From positions 1 to 64,000 of the forward strand of contig JAAOMT010000590.1 in NCBI GenBank assembly GCA_016748015.1: a stretch of 64,000 bases of DNA. Reading direction: 5' to 3'. The notes beneath the pieces were generated by a model, which did no database searches, was not told the origin of the DNA, and saw nothing but the letters and a program-made list of their open reading frames with translations. Origin of the DNA: Geosiphon pyriformis uo1. Taxonomy: Eukaryota > Fungi > Glomeromycota. Shown here in pieces: positions 13,501-28,763 of this stretch; position 1 is the stretch's first letter, and every line of letters starts with the position of its first letter. Position numbers and translations under genes: made by a program.

Positions 13501-16500
13501 TCCATAGTAATTTTGTATAGACAATTTCTATTAGTTATTAAAAGATAACTAAAGCATTTCTTAAGCCAAATGACATAACATTGAATTCAAAGTTTTTTTT
13601 CCTAGTTGTGAATGTTGTTTTTTCTTTGTCAACTAAGTTTATGGCTACTTGCTAGTAACAACTGTCTAAATCTAATGTTAAAAACATTTTTTTTCTCCAA
13701 ATACATCAAATAATTTTTGAATTTGTGGAGTTGAATAGCTGTTTCCACAAATAATACTGTTGAGTTTTCTGTAATTTATACAAAAGCAGATTTTTTCATT
13801 CTTTTTCTGGATTAGTATTACTGGTAATGACTATAAACTCATTGATAATTGAATTAATCTATTGTTTAACATTCTGTTAATTTTTTATTAGATGATTTCA
13901 TGGCTTGTTGATAGTATATTCTATGCTTGTTGATTTATTGACATCACATTTTTCATTTTAATTTGGTGCTAAATGATATCAATTCTGCCAAATTTGTTTT
14001 TACTGGCAAAAATATTAGTAAAATTGTTGAGTAAACATTTTAAGCTGCATACATTAAAGTGGATTTAAGTTCTCAAGTTCATTTGGTTTAATTGTTCTGG
14101 TTAAAGCAAATAATATTCTTTTTGTTTGTATATTGTTTGTAATATAATATTCATATATTCACAAAACTGTGAAAAATCTGGAATAGTATTTGGTAGTTGG
14201 TCTTTAACTTCTGTGTTTAAGTATCTAATAGTGGTTCTACTTGGTATTTTGATGGTGTCTCTAGTTGTATTGTAGATAAAAATTTTAATGTGTTTATTGT
14301 TCTTGGCCAGTATATAGAGATTGGTGATTCCAATCTTCTTTGATTTACAAATAGTTAGTTCTGCTTCAAAAATTTGAGATTGATTTTTTACTTTTCTCTT
14401 TATTACTAACATATACTAATTATATGGTGAAATGAAAACTGATTGATTGGTAGAGATAATTTTTTTCTTATTAATAATTTTTTTTTCTATTATATTGACT
14501 AGTATATTTATTTTACTTATAGATCTAAATCCATTAATTTTTTTGCTATAATTCCTAACTTTTCTCTTTTTCTTATTAAAACTAACTGGGTTATTTTTAC
14601 CAGAGATAAAGAATATTGCCTATGCCATTTTTTTATTTGGTTCAATTATATATGAATTTTCTGATTTATTTTGTAACATTGCAATGATATTTCTTATATA
14701 TTCTATATTAATTATTCCTTCTTTGATACTGATTTTTTTTTGTTAAGCTAGATTTAAATACTAATTGAACTATTGCTGTTGCTGAAATTTTCAATGCTAT
14801 TTTCAGATCAATACAAGTGCACATATTGAGCTTTAATATCATGACATATTTTTCTGAATATTTTAAATCAAATTCTGCATTAATATTATGTGTGCATTCT
14901 AACATAATATTTTCATTATTATTACTGAACCATCTTAGTTTTTGCTCTATAGATACATCTAGAAGTGTGTTATATTGCTCAAATTTTAAATCAAAGTTTG
15001 AATTGTCATTGTTGTTGTTATAGTGAATAGAGTTAGAACCATTGTTGTTATCATCATTAAAGTCTGAATCAAGATTAAATTTTAATTTTAATTCTGCTGT
15101 ATACTTACTAATTGGTTTTTTCTCTTTGGGAATTGAATAGATTATTCATAGTAGTAGATTGTAAATAAGATCACACTCATTACAATACTTGAAGTCACAT
15201 TAGTATTAAACAATAATCACATAGTTGGGTGTTTAGCTCTTTTAACCATTGTTTTTGATCTTTTTTAGTGGGTGCCAATTCTTGATAGTGTTCATGATAT
15301 TGTTCTAAATTACTTAGGATATTAAGAAATGTGTTTGGGTTTGAAATAAAGATGGTTTTGACCAGTTCTGGTAAGTTGTTCTTGATTGCCAATATTTTAT
15401 TAGGTAAAGTGTTTTTGACTTTAGTATTCATTATTCACCAAATTTTGTCTTTATTGTGTGGATAACTGTCCAAGTGTAAGAGTACTCTGCTTTATACAGT
15501 ATTAAAAAAAGTTTTTTGACTCACCCAATCACTAATAAGAATTATGTATTAACATAATATATTATATGTTTCTTCTTGACTAGGAATGTTATTTTATATT
15601 TTTTTGTCAAGTAGTATTTCTCTGCAAGCAAAATATAGTTCATTGTTCCACTTTTTTTCTCTTTTTGGGTAACCAAAACGTTCTTGATAACATGGTTTGT
15701 AGTAATACCAAGTATGTATCTAGTAGTCTTTGTTTGGTACTACCCAAGCTTTGATAAATAAAAGCTTTTTCTTGTAGTTGATATACCTGAGAGGAATATG
15801 GGGTGGTTCCTTCTTTGTGTCTATTAAATATGATGTATACCAACTATTGGTAGTTTTGCTGATGTTGGTGGTGGCTTGTGGTTCGTCCTTTTTTTTTTTT
15901 TTTTTTCTTTTATTGTTTTACAATAAGATTGGTGGTAGCTTATTGTGATTTTCTTTAGTTCATAATACTTGATATGCTTTTTAAGTAGGTTTCTTTTCTT
16001 CTTCTTGATAGCAGTGCTAGTATAGTGGTATTTGTTTAGAAGTGGTCACAAGTAGCAGGTACTCAAGTTTGCAAATCATCATAACTGAACTGTAGCTTTT
16101 GGGTATTTTAGTTAAGCACTATTTTGGTTTTGAACAGTTAGTTATTACTAACAAAAGCTTGATACTGTATGGCTTTTATTACTAACATCTTGATTAGTAT
16201 CTTAATGCCATTGACTTTGAATAAAAAGTTATTAATTTCACCAATGGGCATTTTTATTGTTTCATCAGCAGTATAATCAACTTAGTAACCTAATTGGTCC
16301 ATAAGTTGTTGTATAATAATGCTGTCTGCTAAATTACTATCAAGAATTAACCTAATAGGGTGATTATTAATTTTAGTGCCAGTGTATATTATGGTGATTG
16401 GTTTGGTATTAAAAGTGGTTTTACTAAATAATAGTATTTCTAATGGAGTTTTTATTTCAAAAGAGAATATTATAATAAATAATTCATCCTCTGTAATAGT

Positions 16501-17902
16501 TGCTGATGGAATATTGTTGGTAAGTAATTTGGTTTAATTGAGTTTCTGTTTGTTAGATTAAATGTCTTTTGATATAACCAAAAAACTTAAATAGTTCTGA
16601 AAATTCAGATTTTAGTTGTACCCAGTTTCTGAATTTTGCTGGCATAATTCTGATAATTGATTTGATAAATTAAAGATTAGTTGGTACATGACTATTGCCA
16701 ATTTCCAGTTTTGTTGGATATAAGTAATTCTTAGTTTCTGGTATTTGAGTGTTATTTGAGCTAAGTTTTGTGGCAGTATTTAAAATAGTTGAGATTGATA
16801 AATAACCTGGAGCTGTAGTTGATATATTATCAGTGCTGAAGACTAATAAATTAACAGTGAGTATATTGTTTATTGCATTATTAGAGTGTAATAAAATTGA
16901 TATAATTCTTGATTTAGTTGATGACTCAAAGTTTAAAATTAATAATTGGGGTTTTGATATTGATTTTTTAATCATTGATTATTAATTTTGGCATGGCAAT
17001 CAATCCTTAAATGATTTTATTTATTACAATTGTGGCAGATATGTATCTTTTGTGGCCATGATTAATGAACTGATGATAAAAAGGAATACAATTAATTTTA
17101 GAACTGATTAAAGATTTCTGGATTGTCACAACATTGTGAAAATTGATATATTACTTGATTGTTAACTAAGTATTTCTCTAATTTTTGGTTAATAGAATTA
17201 TTGAATTGTTTCAATTTGAAGTCCAAATTAAATGATTTATTGATTACTAGATTAATAACTTGAGCATAGTTGGCTTCTAGCTTGGTTATTTCAAAATTTT
17301 TGGTGTATGTAACTGTATCTTAAAGTGTTTGTGAATGTAATAGATGTACACATTATAGAAAATTACTGTACAGACCATGAATAAACTGATTTAGAATTTG
17401 TAATGCTGTGAAATAATTAATATTGATGGCTTGAATTTGGTGCAAATTTCTGTGAATACATTTTAAATAAATAATGATTGTTTCTGTGTCATTTTGTTTA
17501 ATAGTAGTAAATGCTATTGTCAAGTAATTAATGCTGTTATTATTGTTAAAATATTTTAAAAATTCAGTTTTAAATACATCAAAAGTAATAGATTTGTTAA
17601 TCAAGCTTTGATATTATAAATTGGTAATATTCTGTAAAAAATACAGTATAACTTGTAGAGCTCTGAAGTTGACCCAATTGTTAACAGTAATTGCTTTAGT
17701 AATATTATTGAGCCAGACTTGGTGTTGTCTTCTTTACTAGTAAATTTTTTTAACTTGACAATAAGAGCATATGTCATTGGTACTATAATTAGTTGTTGTT
17801 GTAGTTGTAGTTGAAATGGTTGTTGTGATAGTAGTTAAGGTTGTGGTTGTAGCTGTTGTTGTTATTTAGCAATTAATATTACTGGAAGAAGATTGATTAT
17901 AA
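10563..17902 (-). mobile_element. Ty3/gypsy family A copy A2, internal part 1 (ORF3, IN, RNase H, RT, dUTPase, Cys-rich domain, PR, gag capsid), decayed
   Basis: ORF fragments 17353-17604 (capsid), 14708-14905 (dUTPase motifs 1-2) and 14101-14412; colinear with A3. Confidence 0.9.
14520..14940 (-). pseudogene. dUTPase domain in A2 pol
   Basis: NAEFDLKY...VQLVFKSSLTKK, colinear with the better-preserved A3 and B3 dUTPases. Confidence 0.75.
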
Positions 17903-18821
17903 TGTTACTGGAGATTTTTGGTCTCTTTTTTTGAATATTGTTAATGTCTGTTTGTTGTAAATTCATGTTTTCTGGAAGCAGTTGAATCTTCAATAACTGA
18001 ATTTATCTTGAAATTATTTCTTATAATTTGAACTGCTAGGCTTATAAATAGAATAACCAATTTTATGCCAATTACTTTATGTAGTTATATTGTAGTAAAT
18101 ATCAACTCTTTTTCAAAAATTGCTTGTCTAAAAGCTTATTAAAAAATGTATAGTTACTTTGCTGTAAAAGTTAACTCTTTTACAAAAATCTCATCTGTAA
18201 ATTACTTTAATAATTATAATAAAATAAAAAATAAAAAATAAAATTCTGTCAAACAAAATGTTTTCTATCCAGACTTGAAATCACTAACAAATTATTAAAA
18301 TTGATAGCTAATCAATTTTAAAACATTAGTTGGATTTTTTTTTGTGAATTCCAAGTATAATAATTAAGAATTTGGTTTTCAAATATTTTTAATTTTTATT
18401 TGATTTTGTAAGAATAGGTAAGAGATGATTTGTTTTAATTAAGATATCTAAAGTAAGATTCATTTTCTTGAAAAAAGAAGCTCTTTTTTTATACAACTTG
18501 CTATAGTAATAGTTTTTGAACTTGCATTTTTCTCTTTGCTATAATTTTGGCAAACTACAAGTTATTTCTACAAATTATTGATTATTTCGACCAATTTTGC
18601 TAATTTCGACGAATTTTTGAATATTAAATGGTTTAAAATATTGTGTAATTTGATCATCTTAATTTTTATGATACAAATTAGATTATTAATTGAATGATAA
18701 TATATAATAATTTGATTAAATAATAAGTAATAATTAAAATGATAATAATATATACTAATTAATAATAAGAATTATAAGAGTAACTTTATGATAATTAATA
18801 GCTAAAATTCTACTGGTAACA
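17903..18821 (-). repeat. B1 3' LTR
   Basis: TGTTACTGG...CTGGTAACA termini; adjacent PPT. Confidence 0.93.
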
Positions 18822-21800
18822 TAATCTCCTTCTTAAGACTGGGCTTTATTAAAGTCTAAGCACTATCTGTGATGTTAAGATAAAAGTCCAAAATAATTAA
18901 AATAATCTGGTCTGAAAATTGTTAAAATTTCAGTTCTGTAAGCTTTTCAATATATTAAATCTTTATTGGGTAAAGTATTAGATTTTGTAGAACATTTTTA
19001 CAAGTATTGAATAAGTCATAGAGTCTAAAAGCTGCTCTAAATTTGTAGCAAGTGTTTGTTGATCCAGCTGCTGTTTTGAATTCATTGTGAATTTGTTTTT
19101 GTATTGTTTTAGGAATAAAATTTGTTGCTTCAAGTTCTAGTTTTTGTCATAAAGTGTTTTTTCAATATGAAAATATTTATAGATAAGAGTATGTTCATTG
19201 TTCTGTTTATTGAAAAATAGTAGAAGTTTTTGTTAGATTGTGGCATTTGATAAAATGTTAATAAAAGCAAATAAGAGGTTTTCTTTTAAAACTTGCTTTA
19301 AAAGTTTTGGTAGTTGACTTCCAGAATAACTTCTTATGTTTTTTCTATAAAGATGATAATTTTGTGAATTATTTACTATTGAGGCTGTGATTTTTTTCTG
19401 AATGTAATTAATTTAATTTTTATTTATTGTTATGGATAAGTCAAAAAGTGTTTTCAAGACTAACATTAATTTTTGGAATATTTGTTGAATATTTCGGGAA
19501 ATAATTATGATAAAATGATTAACTAATAAATAAATTTTTAAAAAAGAATAAAAAAAATTATTTTTAGATATTAATATTTATTTGTTTTTGAGTTTGAATG
19601 TTTCTTGTAATTATTTACTATTTTTGTTTTATGTTTTGTGTATTTTTAAAAAGATTATTGTAAAATATTAAATTAAGTGTTCAAGTTTGGTTGTTGTTTT
19701 ATTATAACTATTGGTTCTAAATTTCGGGAAATATTTTCAGGATTAATTAAAAAAGAATATATACTAATTTGTAAAATTAATAGTTTAGGATTGTTTCTGA
19801 AATAATAGTGTTTCAATCAATCTCTATATGCAGTTTTTGCTAATACTTTGTTATCAAGTCTTAATTTGTATGATCTATTGTCTAAAATTTTATGAATATA
19901 AAATGGTTTATTCTATTTATGTTCAAATTTTCTACTCCATTGTTTTTCAGTCTTAGTTCTGTATAAGAGAACTTTGTTTCTAATTTTAAATTTATTGGTG
20001 ATTGGTGGTAGTTTGTTGTCATGTCATTTTTTTTATTGAGCTTAAAAGTATTTAATATAAGTGGCTGCTATTTGTCTTTTTCTTTTTAGTGTACTAAAAA
20101 GAGTGTAGGCTCTTCTTTAGAGTGTTTCTTGAAAGTTTTTTTTATTGATTAGTTGCATTAGATATGTTTTTATTGTGATATTAATTGGTAATGTTGCTGT
20201 TTTTTTATACATAAAATCAAATAGTATAGTATCTTGTTTTAGTGTTCTGTATACTAGTAACACTAATGAAATAAATATATCTTATTTGTATTCAAAATTA
20301 GTTGAGACTTTGACTAAGAATTCACACAATATTCTGTTAAAACATTCTATGAACTCATTTGTTTGGAGGTGATAAGATAATGATAGAGGTTTTTTGATAT
20401 TGAATCATTTACAAATTTCTTGTATCAAGTTGTTTACAAAATGTGTTCCTTGATCAAATAAAAGTTTAATTGGACATCTATGTCTACAAATAATGTCTTT
20501 ATAGATAAAATTTGCTACTAATTTTGCATCTGTTTTTTGAATAGTTCTAGCTTCAGGCTATTTGGTGAGATAATCTACTGTAACTGCAATATAACAATTT
20601 TTTTGGATTATAATAGGTAATGGTCCGATTAAATCAATTTCAACTCTATCAAAAAATTGTCCAATTTTGATTGGATTTAAAGATTTTATGAAGTGAGTTT
20701 CTTTTTTTCTTTAACAACTATTACAAGATTTTACATATTGTCAAATGTCTTTTTGCATATAAAACCAAAAATAATGTTTAAGAGTTTTTTAAATTGTTTT
20801 ATTTCTTTCCAAGTAAGCTGATAAAAAATCTGTATGCATGTTGTATAGAAGTGTTTTTTTATTCTTTTATATTAATTTGAGTGATTGGTTTGAATATCTG
20901 CAATTTTTATAATAAATTTTGTTATAGTGTATGAAATATTGTTTTAATTGATGTTGTAATCGATGTTTTTTACTTCAAGACCAATTTTTTGGCATGATAA
21001 GAATCTCTAAATAGTTTTTGATGTTGTTGTAATTTTTAAGATCTATTGTTATTTGGTTATTTTTGTTGATAGATTGGTAAATTGTGGTAGAATTGCTGTT
21101 GATGTTAATTTTGTCTCATTCTTGAAAGGCTATCAACATTAGTGTGTAATTTTTCTGGTTTGTAATGTATAATATACTTGTAGTCTGCTAAAAATTATTT
21201 TATTAAGACTGTTTAGTATTTTGTTTAGTTTTTTTTTATTGAGCCATTTGAGACCAATATTGTCAGTTATGATGTCAAATTCATTTTCATTTTTTAAGTA
21301 TTGTTGAAAGTGTTTAAGAGCCCAAATAACTGTAGCAGCTTCTAATTCTGTTAAGCCATATTTGAGTTTGGTTGGTTTAAATGTTCTACTGGCATAGACA
21401 ATAACTTGCTCCTGGTCATTTTTATCCAATTGTGATAAGATAACACCAAATTTTATGTGTAAAGCATTAGTGGCTAGTTGAAATCATTTGCTAAAATTTG
21501 GGTAAGCAAGAACTGAGACTGTTGTCAATTTTGTTTTGAGAGTTTCAAAAGCTTTCTGTTGTTTTTCCATCCATTGGTATGATATATTTTTGTTGGTAAA
21601 ATAATTGAGTGATTTGGCAATTTCTGAGAATTTTTTGATGAATTTCTAATAATAGGAGGCTAATCCTACAAATTTTTGTAGCTCTGTGATATTTTTGGAA
21701 GTTTGAAAGTTTTTAAAAGCACTGATTGTTTTTGAATTTGGTTTAACTTCATCTTTGCTAACAATGTGTCCAAAAAAGATTAAACTTGTTTTTTCAAAAT

Positions 21801-22924
21801 AATATTTCTCAATGTTTAACTTCAATTTTGCTTTCCATAATCATTGAAAAACTTCTTACAAATAGATAAGATGAGCTTTAAAACTTGGTAAGTACATATT
21901 AGTATTATCAAGATAAACAACTACTGATTGTCATAAGAGTCTTTTATATACAACATCTATAAGTTACTGAATATTGCTGGTGTATTGTAAAGTCTAAATA
22001 ACATAATGTTGAATTTATAGTTTTCTCTTTGAGTGGTAAATGCAATTTTGGAATAATTTTTTGGGTCCATTTCGACTTGCCAGTATTCACTTTCCAAGTT
22101 TAAAGTTAAGAAAAACTTGGCTTTTTCTAAAACATTTAGCATGTTATTGATTTTTAAAAGAGAGTAGACATCTCTAATTGTCATACTGTTTAATTGATGA
22201 TAGTTAATACAAAATCTGATTTTTTTATTTTTTTTAATCAGGACTACTGGTGAAGCCCAAGAATTTTTTAATGGTTGAATCAATTTATTATTGAGCATTC
22301 TTTGAATTTCTTTCCTAATAAATTGGTGGCTGGCAGATGATACTCAATAAGCTTGTTAACATTTTGGTGGAGCATCTTTTGTGTAGATCTAATGTTAGAC
22401 AATATTGGTTTTTTCAAGATCATTATTATCTTTGGCAAATATATCAGCATATTCAACAATTAGCTGTTTTAATTGTTTTTGTTGTAGTGGTTCTAAGAGG
22501 TTCATGTTAATTTAAGAGAGTTTTTTTTTTATGATATAATAATTTTTGGTAGTAAAAGTAATGTTTGGGTTTAGAAGTAAGATATGTTTTACAATTTTGA
22601 TGAAATTGTTGACCATCTAAGGAGTTTTATCTTGAAAAATGTTGCTATGTATAATTCTAATTTTTAATTTATTTAATAAAATAATGGAGTAATTGTTGAG
22701 GTTGTAAAATATGACTCAAAATTTTTTTATTCTTTTTGGAATATAAATGTTTGGGATTGAAATTTTATGTTTTAAACAAATTTGTTGAATAGTAGTAAGT
22801 TTGGAACAAATGTAAATTTTGTAATATTTTCTAAAAAATGAAATGGTAATTGGTTGGAGAAGTTAAAAAATGTGGTAAGATTTATTTTGTATATTAAAAG
22901 CTATGTTTATTGAAACTATGAATT

Positions 22925-23355
22925 GTCCAGTTGTACTAAAATTTTGAGTTTCTTTTTCATTTTTCGCTAATTGTTCTCTGTTGTTAACTAATTGTAATTC
23001 CGAAATGTTAATTAAAGGTAGATAAATAGCTTAAGCAATCTTTTTAGCTTGCTTTATTCTGAATGATTTTTTAGTTTAATTTTGTAGTATGATAGTAATG
23101 TTTTTTGTATATCTTGTATCTATAATTTCTTCTCTAATATTGATTTTTTTACTTGTCAATAATGATTGAAAAGCAATTTGTATCATTGCTCTTGGTAGTA
23201 TTTTAAGAGCAATTCTGAGATTGATTTTGGTGAGAGATTTTAGTTAAAGAACCAAGATATTTTTGCCAAGATATTATAAGTCATATTTTATATTAATTTC
23301 ATGAGCTTTTTTAGGCTTAATTTCTTGACCATTGTTGTCGAAATATTTAAGTTGT
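22925..23355 (-). pseudogene. dUTPase domain in B1 pol
   Basis: Colinear with B3 57504-57929 (LKYFDNNGQEIKPKKAHE...YDL...). Confidence 0.75.
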
Positions 23356-26300
23356 AGAGCTGATTGATTTTTGGTAAGATAGATTGGAGCTATTGCAATT
23401 TGTTTTTTTGGTTTAAGTTTTCTAAACTCAATTTCTTCTTAGTTATCTTTGTTGAACAAAAAGATGCTAAAACCATAGCATTTTGAATACCATTTGTCAT
23501 CACAAAGCATAATGCATTCTTCATACAATTGAATATTTATTTGCTCTAATTATTGAATTTGAGTTTCTTGGATTGAATAAATGTGACTTGCAATTTAGTG
23601 GTATGTTTTTATTTTATTTTTATAATTAAATCCAGTTAGTTTCATAGTATATTCAATATATTCAGCTTTTTTCATTTGGCAGACATCTTTTTGTGTGGCT
23701 TTATTGATTAAAGTCATTGGTAAATCAAAAATTATTTCAGCATCATGAGGGTAGTGGTAAAGTTTGTTGAGAATACTGTTGTATGCTGCATCAAAAAATA
23801 TTTCTTTTCTGACTTTTTCCGAAATTGATAGAGCATATTGGCAGGTTTGGTCACATACTTTTCTTTTTATTGCAACATCAATCTAGTTGCATTCTTCTAA
23901 TAGCATTTTTTCATATATAAGACAAGAAGTGTTGTCTTATTTTTTATTTTATATGGAGAATCCAAATCATTCTCTATGACAGGCTTTGTAAAAATAGCAA
24001 ATACAGATTTTATATTTTTTTTCTGGAGATATGCATGCTTCTATTGATGAAAGTTTCTTGTTATAGTTTTTATATTTAAGTGGGATATAAAGTAGTTGTT
24101 TTCATAATTCTGGTATAAAATATTAAGCAATATTCTATCCTCTAATTTTCTCAAAGATTTTTTGTTCTGTGTTTTCAGCCCAATTAGATGTTAATTTAAG
24201 AACCATAAAGGTTTTGACTACTGGTTTTTCTTTCTCTGTTTCAAATTCAAATATTGAGACTTTTCCTGCTTATTTGTTGAAAATACTACAAGTAATAGGT
24301 ATTTGGGTGTATTGTTCTTGGTATAAAATCTTTAGTTCTTGGATTTCCCAATTTAAGTTGGCATTGGCTTTAAAAAACCAATTGTTTCTGACAAGAGCTT
24401 AATATTGAAATGTATTCATAACAAAAACTTTAATTGAAATGGTGATTTCATTGATTATAAAAAAAAATTATCAATTTTTTCTACTAAAGTTTTCTTCATA
24501 TTATTGGCTATAACAATTATTATTTGGAGTGGTCTGTCGACATTTTAATTAAGTTGTATTAATTAGTAGGTGATAATACTTTTAGCTGATTCACTGTCTA
24601 AAATTAAGCAGATTGGTTTTTTTTTATTTCAATTTCTGTGTACATAGCAGTAATTGCTTTTTGTTTAGTAATGACTGTATTGTTAAGCAAAAATGGTGAT
24701 TTATTGGCTTCAAATTTGAATGAAAATATGTTTGAAAAATTGGCATTTTGAGCAATTCTGGCTGGTAAAAATGTGTTATCAGAAAAGTTTTGTCTTGATG
24801 CTGCAACTTCATCTTCAAAAAATGCAGTTTGTTAAAAATTCTGTTTTTCAGACATTGTTAAGTAACTTAGCTGAATATGATAATAGTTAAATTTTTATTA
24901 AATTGGATTTTGGAAAATTAATTAATTGTTGGAGTTAAATCTGTTGTTGTTTATTAGAAAATAGTTTTAAGAAGTGAATAAATTTTGTTGAACCAGTCTC
25001 TAAGCAGGTACTTGATATTGTTGTATTGGTAAAAATTGTTGGTATTACTACTGTGGAACAGGCTAATAGTAATTATTCTGTTGTTAAAATCTTAAAAAGT
25101 AGTAAACAGATATTGAAGATAGAAATTGGTAATAAGATTGTTAAAATTGAGAATAATGTTAATTATTCTTGTTTTGTTGGTTTCTTTGCATTTTTTGCAA
25201 TCTTGTTTCTAATATTCTGGAATTTTACAATAATGACAGCTTTGTGATTAGTTGTTGAATAATGAAAGATAATTGTTTTGATTGTATTGTTAAAGTAGTT
25301 AATATTTTTGAGGTTGTTGCTATTGTTATTGGTTGGTAAAATAGTTTTCAACTTTCTTTGCAAGTTGGTCTATTTTTTTTTCAACCACTAAGCTGATTTT
25401 TCCAATAGCAAGATTTATATTCTTTGTGTGATTTGCTTTTTTCATGGCTATTTCATAGTTTTTTACATGTTAAATAGCTGTAACTAAGTTTGCTAAAGCA
25501 TAAAAGCAACTTTTTTAATTAATTTGTTTTCTAATTCTGCAATAAACTGATCCAAAATCTGGGCATTGAAATAATATTTATTGGTTTCTAATTGTCAAAT
25601 TTGTCAAAGAAGTTTGTTAAATTTCTCAAAATAGGTTATGACAGATTCAGATGGTTTTTGTTTAATGTTTTGAAATCAGTTTTAAAGTATAATAGATGTG
25701 TTGTTGGTAAATTGTTATAAAAAAGCATTTTTGAATACTTGCCAGTTTACAAAAAATGCATCTAAGTTTTCAAACCATTTTTTTGCTGTTTCTTGAAGAA
25801 AATATGAAATTGCTTTTAGCATTTTTGCTATAGTCTATCTATTTGCATCTTTTGCTTTCTGGATTTTGTTAAGCTATTCTTGTGAACTGCTATTAATATT
25901 TTTTTCTGTAAATTCAGTAATTTTTACAATGTATGTAGTTGTTATTTTTTTTTTATTTTCAGTAATTTCTTTTTGTTTTAATTCAGTTTTTTCATTTTCT
26001 AAGTTTTTTAAATAATTATTTTGATTTTCTTTTAAGTAATCAAGAAGATTGGTGCTGGTTGATATTGATTCTTGCTGTTGAATAAGACTCTTAGATAACT
26101 GAAAATTTTTTAGTCTTAAGAACTAGATAAGTAATAAGTTTGGGGTTTGCTATTAAGCAAGTGAAATTGGAAATATTATAATAGAAAGTGGTAATTTGAT
26201 ATTAATTCTTTTGTTTGGAGTTTATAAGTGTTTAGCAGTTATTTTTGGTGTTTTCAGAGTATTAGAAGTGATTTTTGAGTGTTTGTTTCAATATTTGTTT

Positions 26301-26707
26301 GCCTTTGTTGCTTGTTTTAGTTTTTGATTCAAAACCAAAAGAGAATTTAGATTGTATAGGGTATTTTTCTTTACAATATTAAATAATATTGTAGTTAAGT
26401 TCTTGAAAATAGATGTCAAGTGTTTTACTGTTAAGGTTTTCAATTTTTAAGTGAAAATAGTACAATAAATTTTTGTAAAGATTGCCTTTGACTTTTGAAA
26501 TGTTGTAATCTCCAATAAAATAATTGTTAATGTAATTTTCAATATATTGGTACAGTAATTTCTTAAAAATTTTAATTCTATCTTGGATTTTGAATCTTTG
26601 CTTACAGTGAATGTAAATTAACTGATAATATTCTAAAGTTGTTGTGTCTATGGAGTTACTACTTTGAAGTTGTTATTACTGTGTTATTTTTATAAAAGAG
26701 CACCAAA

Positions 26708-27666
26708 TATTACTGAAGATTTTTAGTCTTTTTTCTTGAATGTTATTAATGTCTGTTTGTTGTAAATTCACATTTTTTAAAAGTTGTTGAATCTTTAATA
26801 ACTGAATTTATCTTCAAATTATCTCTTATAATTTGAATTGTTGGGCTTATAAGTGAAATAACTAATTCTGTACCAGTTACTTTATATAGTTACATTGTAA
26901 TAAACATTAACTCTTTTCCAGAAATTGCTTATCTGAAAACTCACTAAAAAATGTGTAGTTACTTTGTAATAAAAGTCAACTCTTTTACAAAAATTCTATC
27001 TGTAAGCTACCTTAATAATTATAATAAGAAAATAGAAAAAAAATAAAAGAAATGTAAAAGAAATAAAATTCTGTCAAGAAAAACGTTTTTTATCCAAGTT
27101 TGGAATCACTAACAAATTATTGAAATTGGTAGCTTATTAATTTTAAAACGTTAATTGGGTTTTTTTTGTGAATTCTAAATATAATAATTAAGAATTTGGT
27201 TTTCAAATATTTTTAATTTTTATTTGATTTTGTATAAATAGGTAAAAAATGATTTGTTCTAATTAAGATATCTAAAGTAAGATTCATTTTTTTAAAGAGA
27301 AAAGCTCTTCTTTTATACAACTTGTTATAATACTAGTCTTTGAACTTGCACTTTTTTTTTGGCTACAATTTCAACAAACTAAAAATACATTTTGGTAAAT
27401 TACAAGTTATTTTTACAAACTATTGATTATTTCGACCAATTTCTGCTAATTCAGCGAATTTTTGAATATTAAATAGTTCAAAGTATTGTGTAATTTGATC
27501 ATCTTAATTTTTATAGTACAAATTGGGTTATTAATTGAATGATAATATTTAATAATTTGATTAAATAATAAGTAATAATTGAAATAATAATAATATATAC
27601 TAATTAATAATAGAAATTATAAAAGTAATTTTATGCTAATTAATAGCTAAAATTCTATTGATAACA
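26708..27666 (-). repeat. B1 5' LTR
   Basis: Homologous to 17903-18821; PBS after a 2-nt spacer. Confidence 0.92.
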
Positions 27667-28528
27667 ACAATTACTGAAGGTAAGTTTTAAGGAATAATAG
27701 AAGCTAGGCTTAGATTATTTGAGTTTTGCTGGGCTTAAATAATCAGAATTTAGATTTCTGAATTTTCTAAAATCTGGTTTTGATAATTAAATTCCTGATT
27801 TTTATTTTTCTTTTCTTCTAAGTCAGTTATTTCCCAAAGACTGGCAGTTTCAAAATCTGATTGTAATAGTAGTGATTAATATTTTGATAATATTATTGGT
27901 AACAAATTAAATCTCTTGAAATACTCATCATAGATTTTCAATAATTTAGCTTTTTTCTGTTTACACTAAAATAGAATTCTAACTAATGGTAGTTTTATGG
28001 TTAATGTGATTATGCTTATTGATGTTATATTAATAATATTTCCTAAAATATAATAGTTTAATAATTAAATAAGTGAAATAACTCTTGGTTTTTTCTAAGT
28101 AGATGATTGTATTTTTTTGGTGTTTCTGCTGGTGTTTGTAATTTTTCTTTGTTTACAAAAGTAATAAAAAATTTCTGTTGAGTGAATTTTTAATTTTTTT
28201 ATTTATTTTTGTAATTTTTGGTATAAACAGATAGTTTGGAAAAAGTGTAGTGCTTTGGAATAATTTACTATTAAAGTTGTTAAAAGTGGTTTCTAAATCT
28301 TCTTTAACTCTTAAGTATAATTTAATTTTTTCATTAATATAGAAATTAAAAGTGGATTCTGCTGGCCAATAATTATTTGTTAATCTTAGATGATTTTTAT
28401 AGTCTTAAAATAAGAATTTTGCAAATTCTAAATAATTTTCTTCTATATTTTTTTGGTCTGCTACTTTTTTGAATAACTGTTATTAGTACTGGTTTTTTGC
28501 TAGATAATACTTCACAGAAAGCACCAAA
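27667..28528 (-). mobile_element. A2 internal part 2 (PBS and gag N-terminal extension)
   Basis: Joining 17902 to 27671 restores ATTGATTATAATTACTGAAGG, matching A3 near 38367; PBS TGGTGCTTTCTGTGAAG at 28526-28510. Confidence 0.88.
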
Positions 28529-28763
28529 TATTACAAATGATTATTTGGAATGTAAAAACAAATAACAAATCTGTAACTTGGTATTCAATAGTTGATTTGT
28601 TGATAAAATTTAAAGGTTTTCATATTTGAAAGTTTTAGTTGAGTCTTTTATATAATAGACAAAGATTCAATGATAATATTTTTTTGGAATGTTTCTAGTT
28701 TCTTTCCTAACTTTCAAGTTAGTATGCTTTGGTGTTTGTAGCTTTTCAAAATATGTATTTTAT
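28529..28763 (-). repeat. A2 5' LTR, PBS-proximal part (interrupted by A3)
   Basis: TATTACA (decayed TGTTACA) start; family A LTR homology; continues at 41172. Confidence 0.8.

Larger units (their letters stand above)
17903..27666 (-). mobile_element. Full-length decayed Ty3/gypsy family B copy B1, inserted in the gag of A2
   Basis: LTRs 17903-18821 and 26708-27666; PBS 26705-26690; PPT 18822-18835; TSD ATAA (17899-17902) / ACAA (27667-27670); RT fragment 21957-22298; RNase H fragment 21139-21429. Confidence 0.93.
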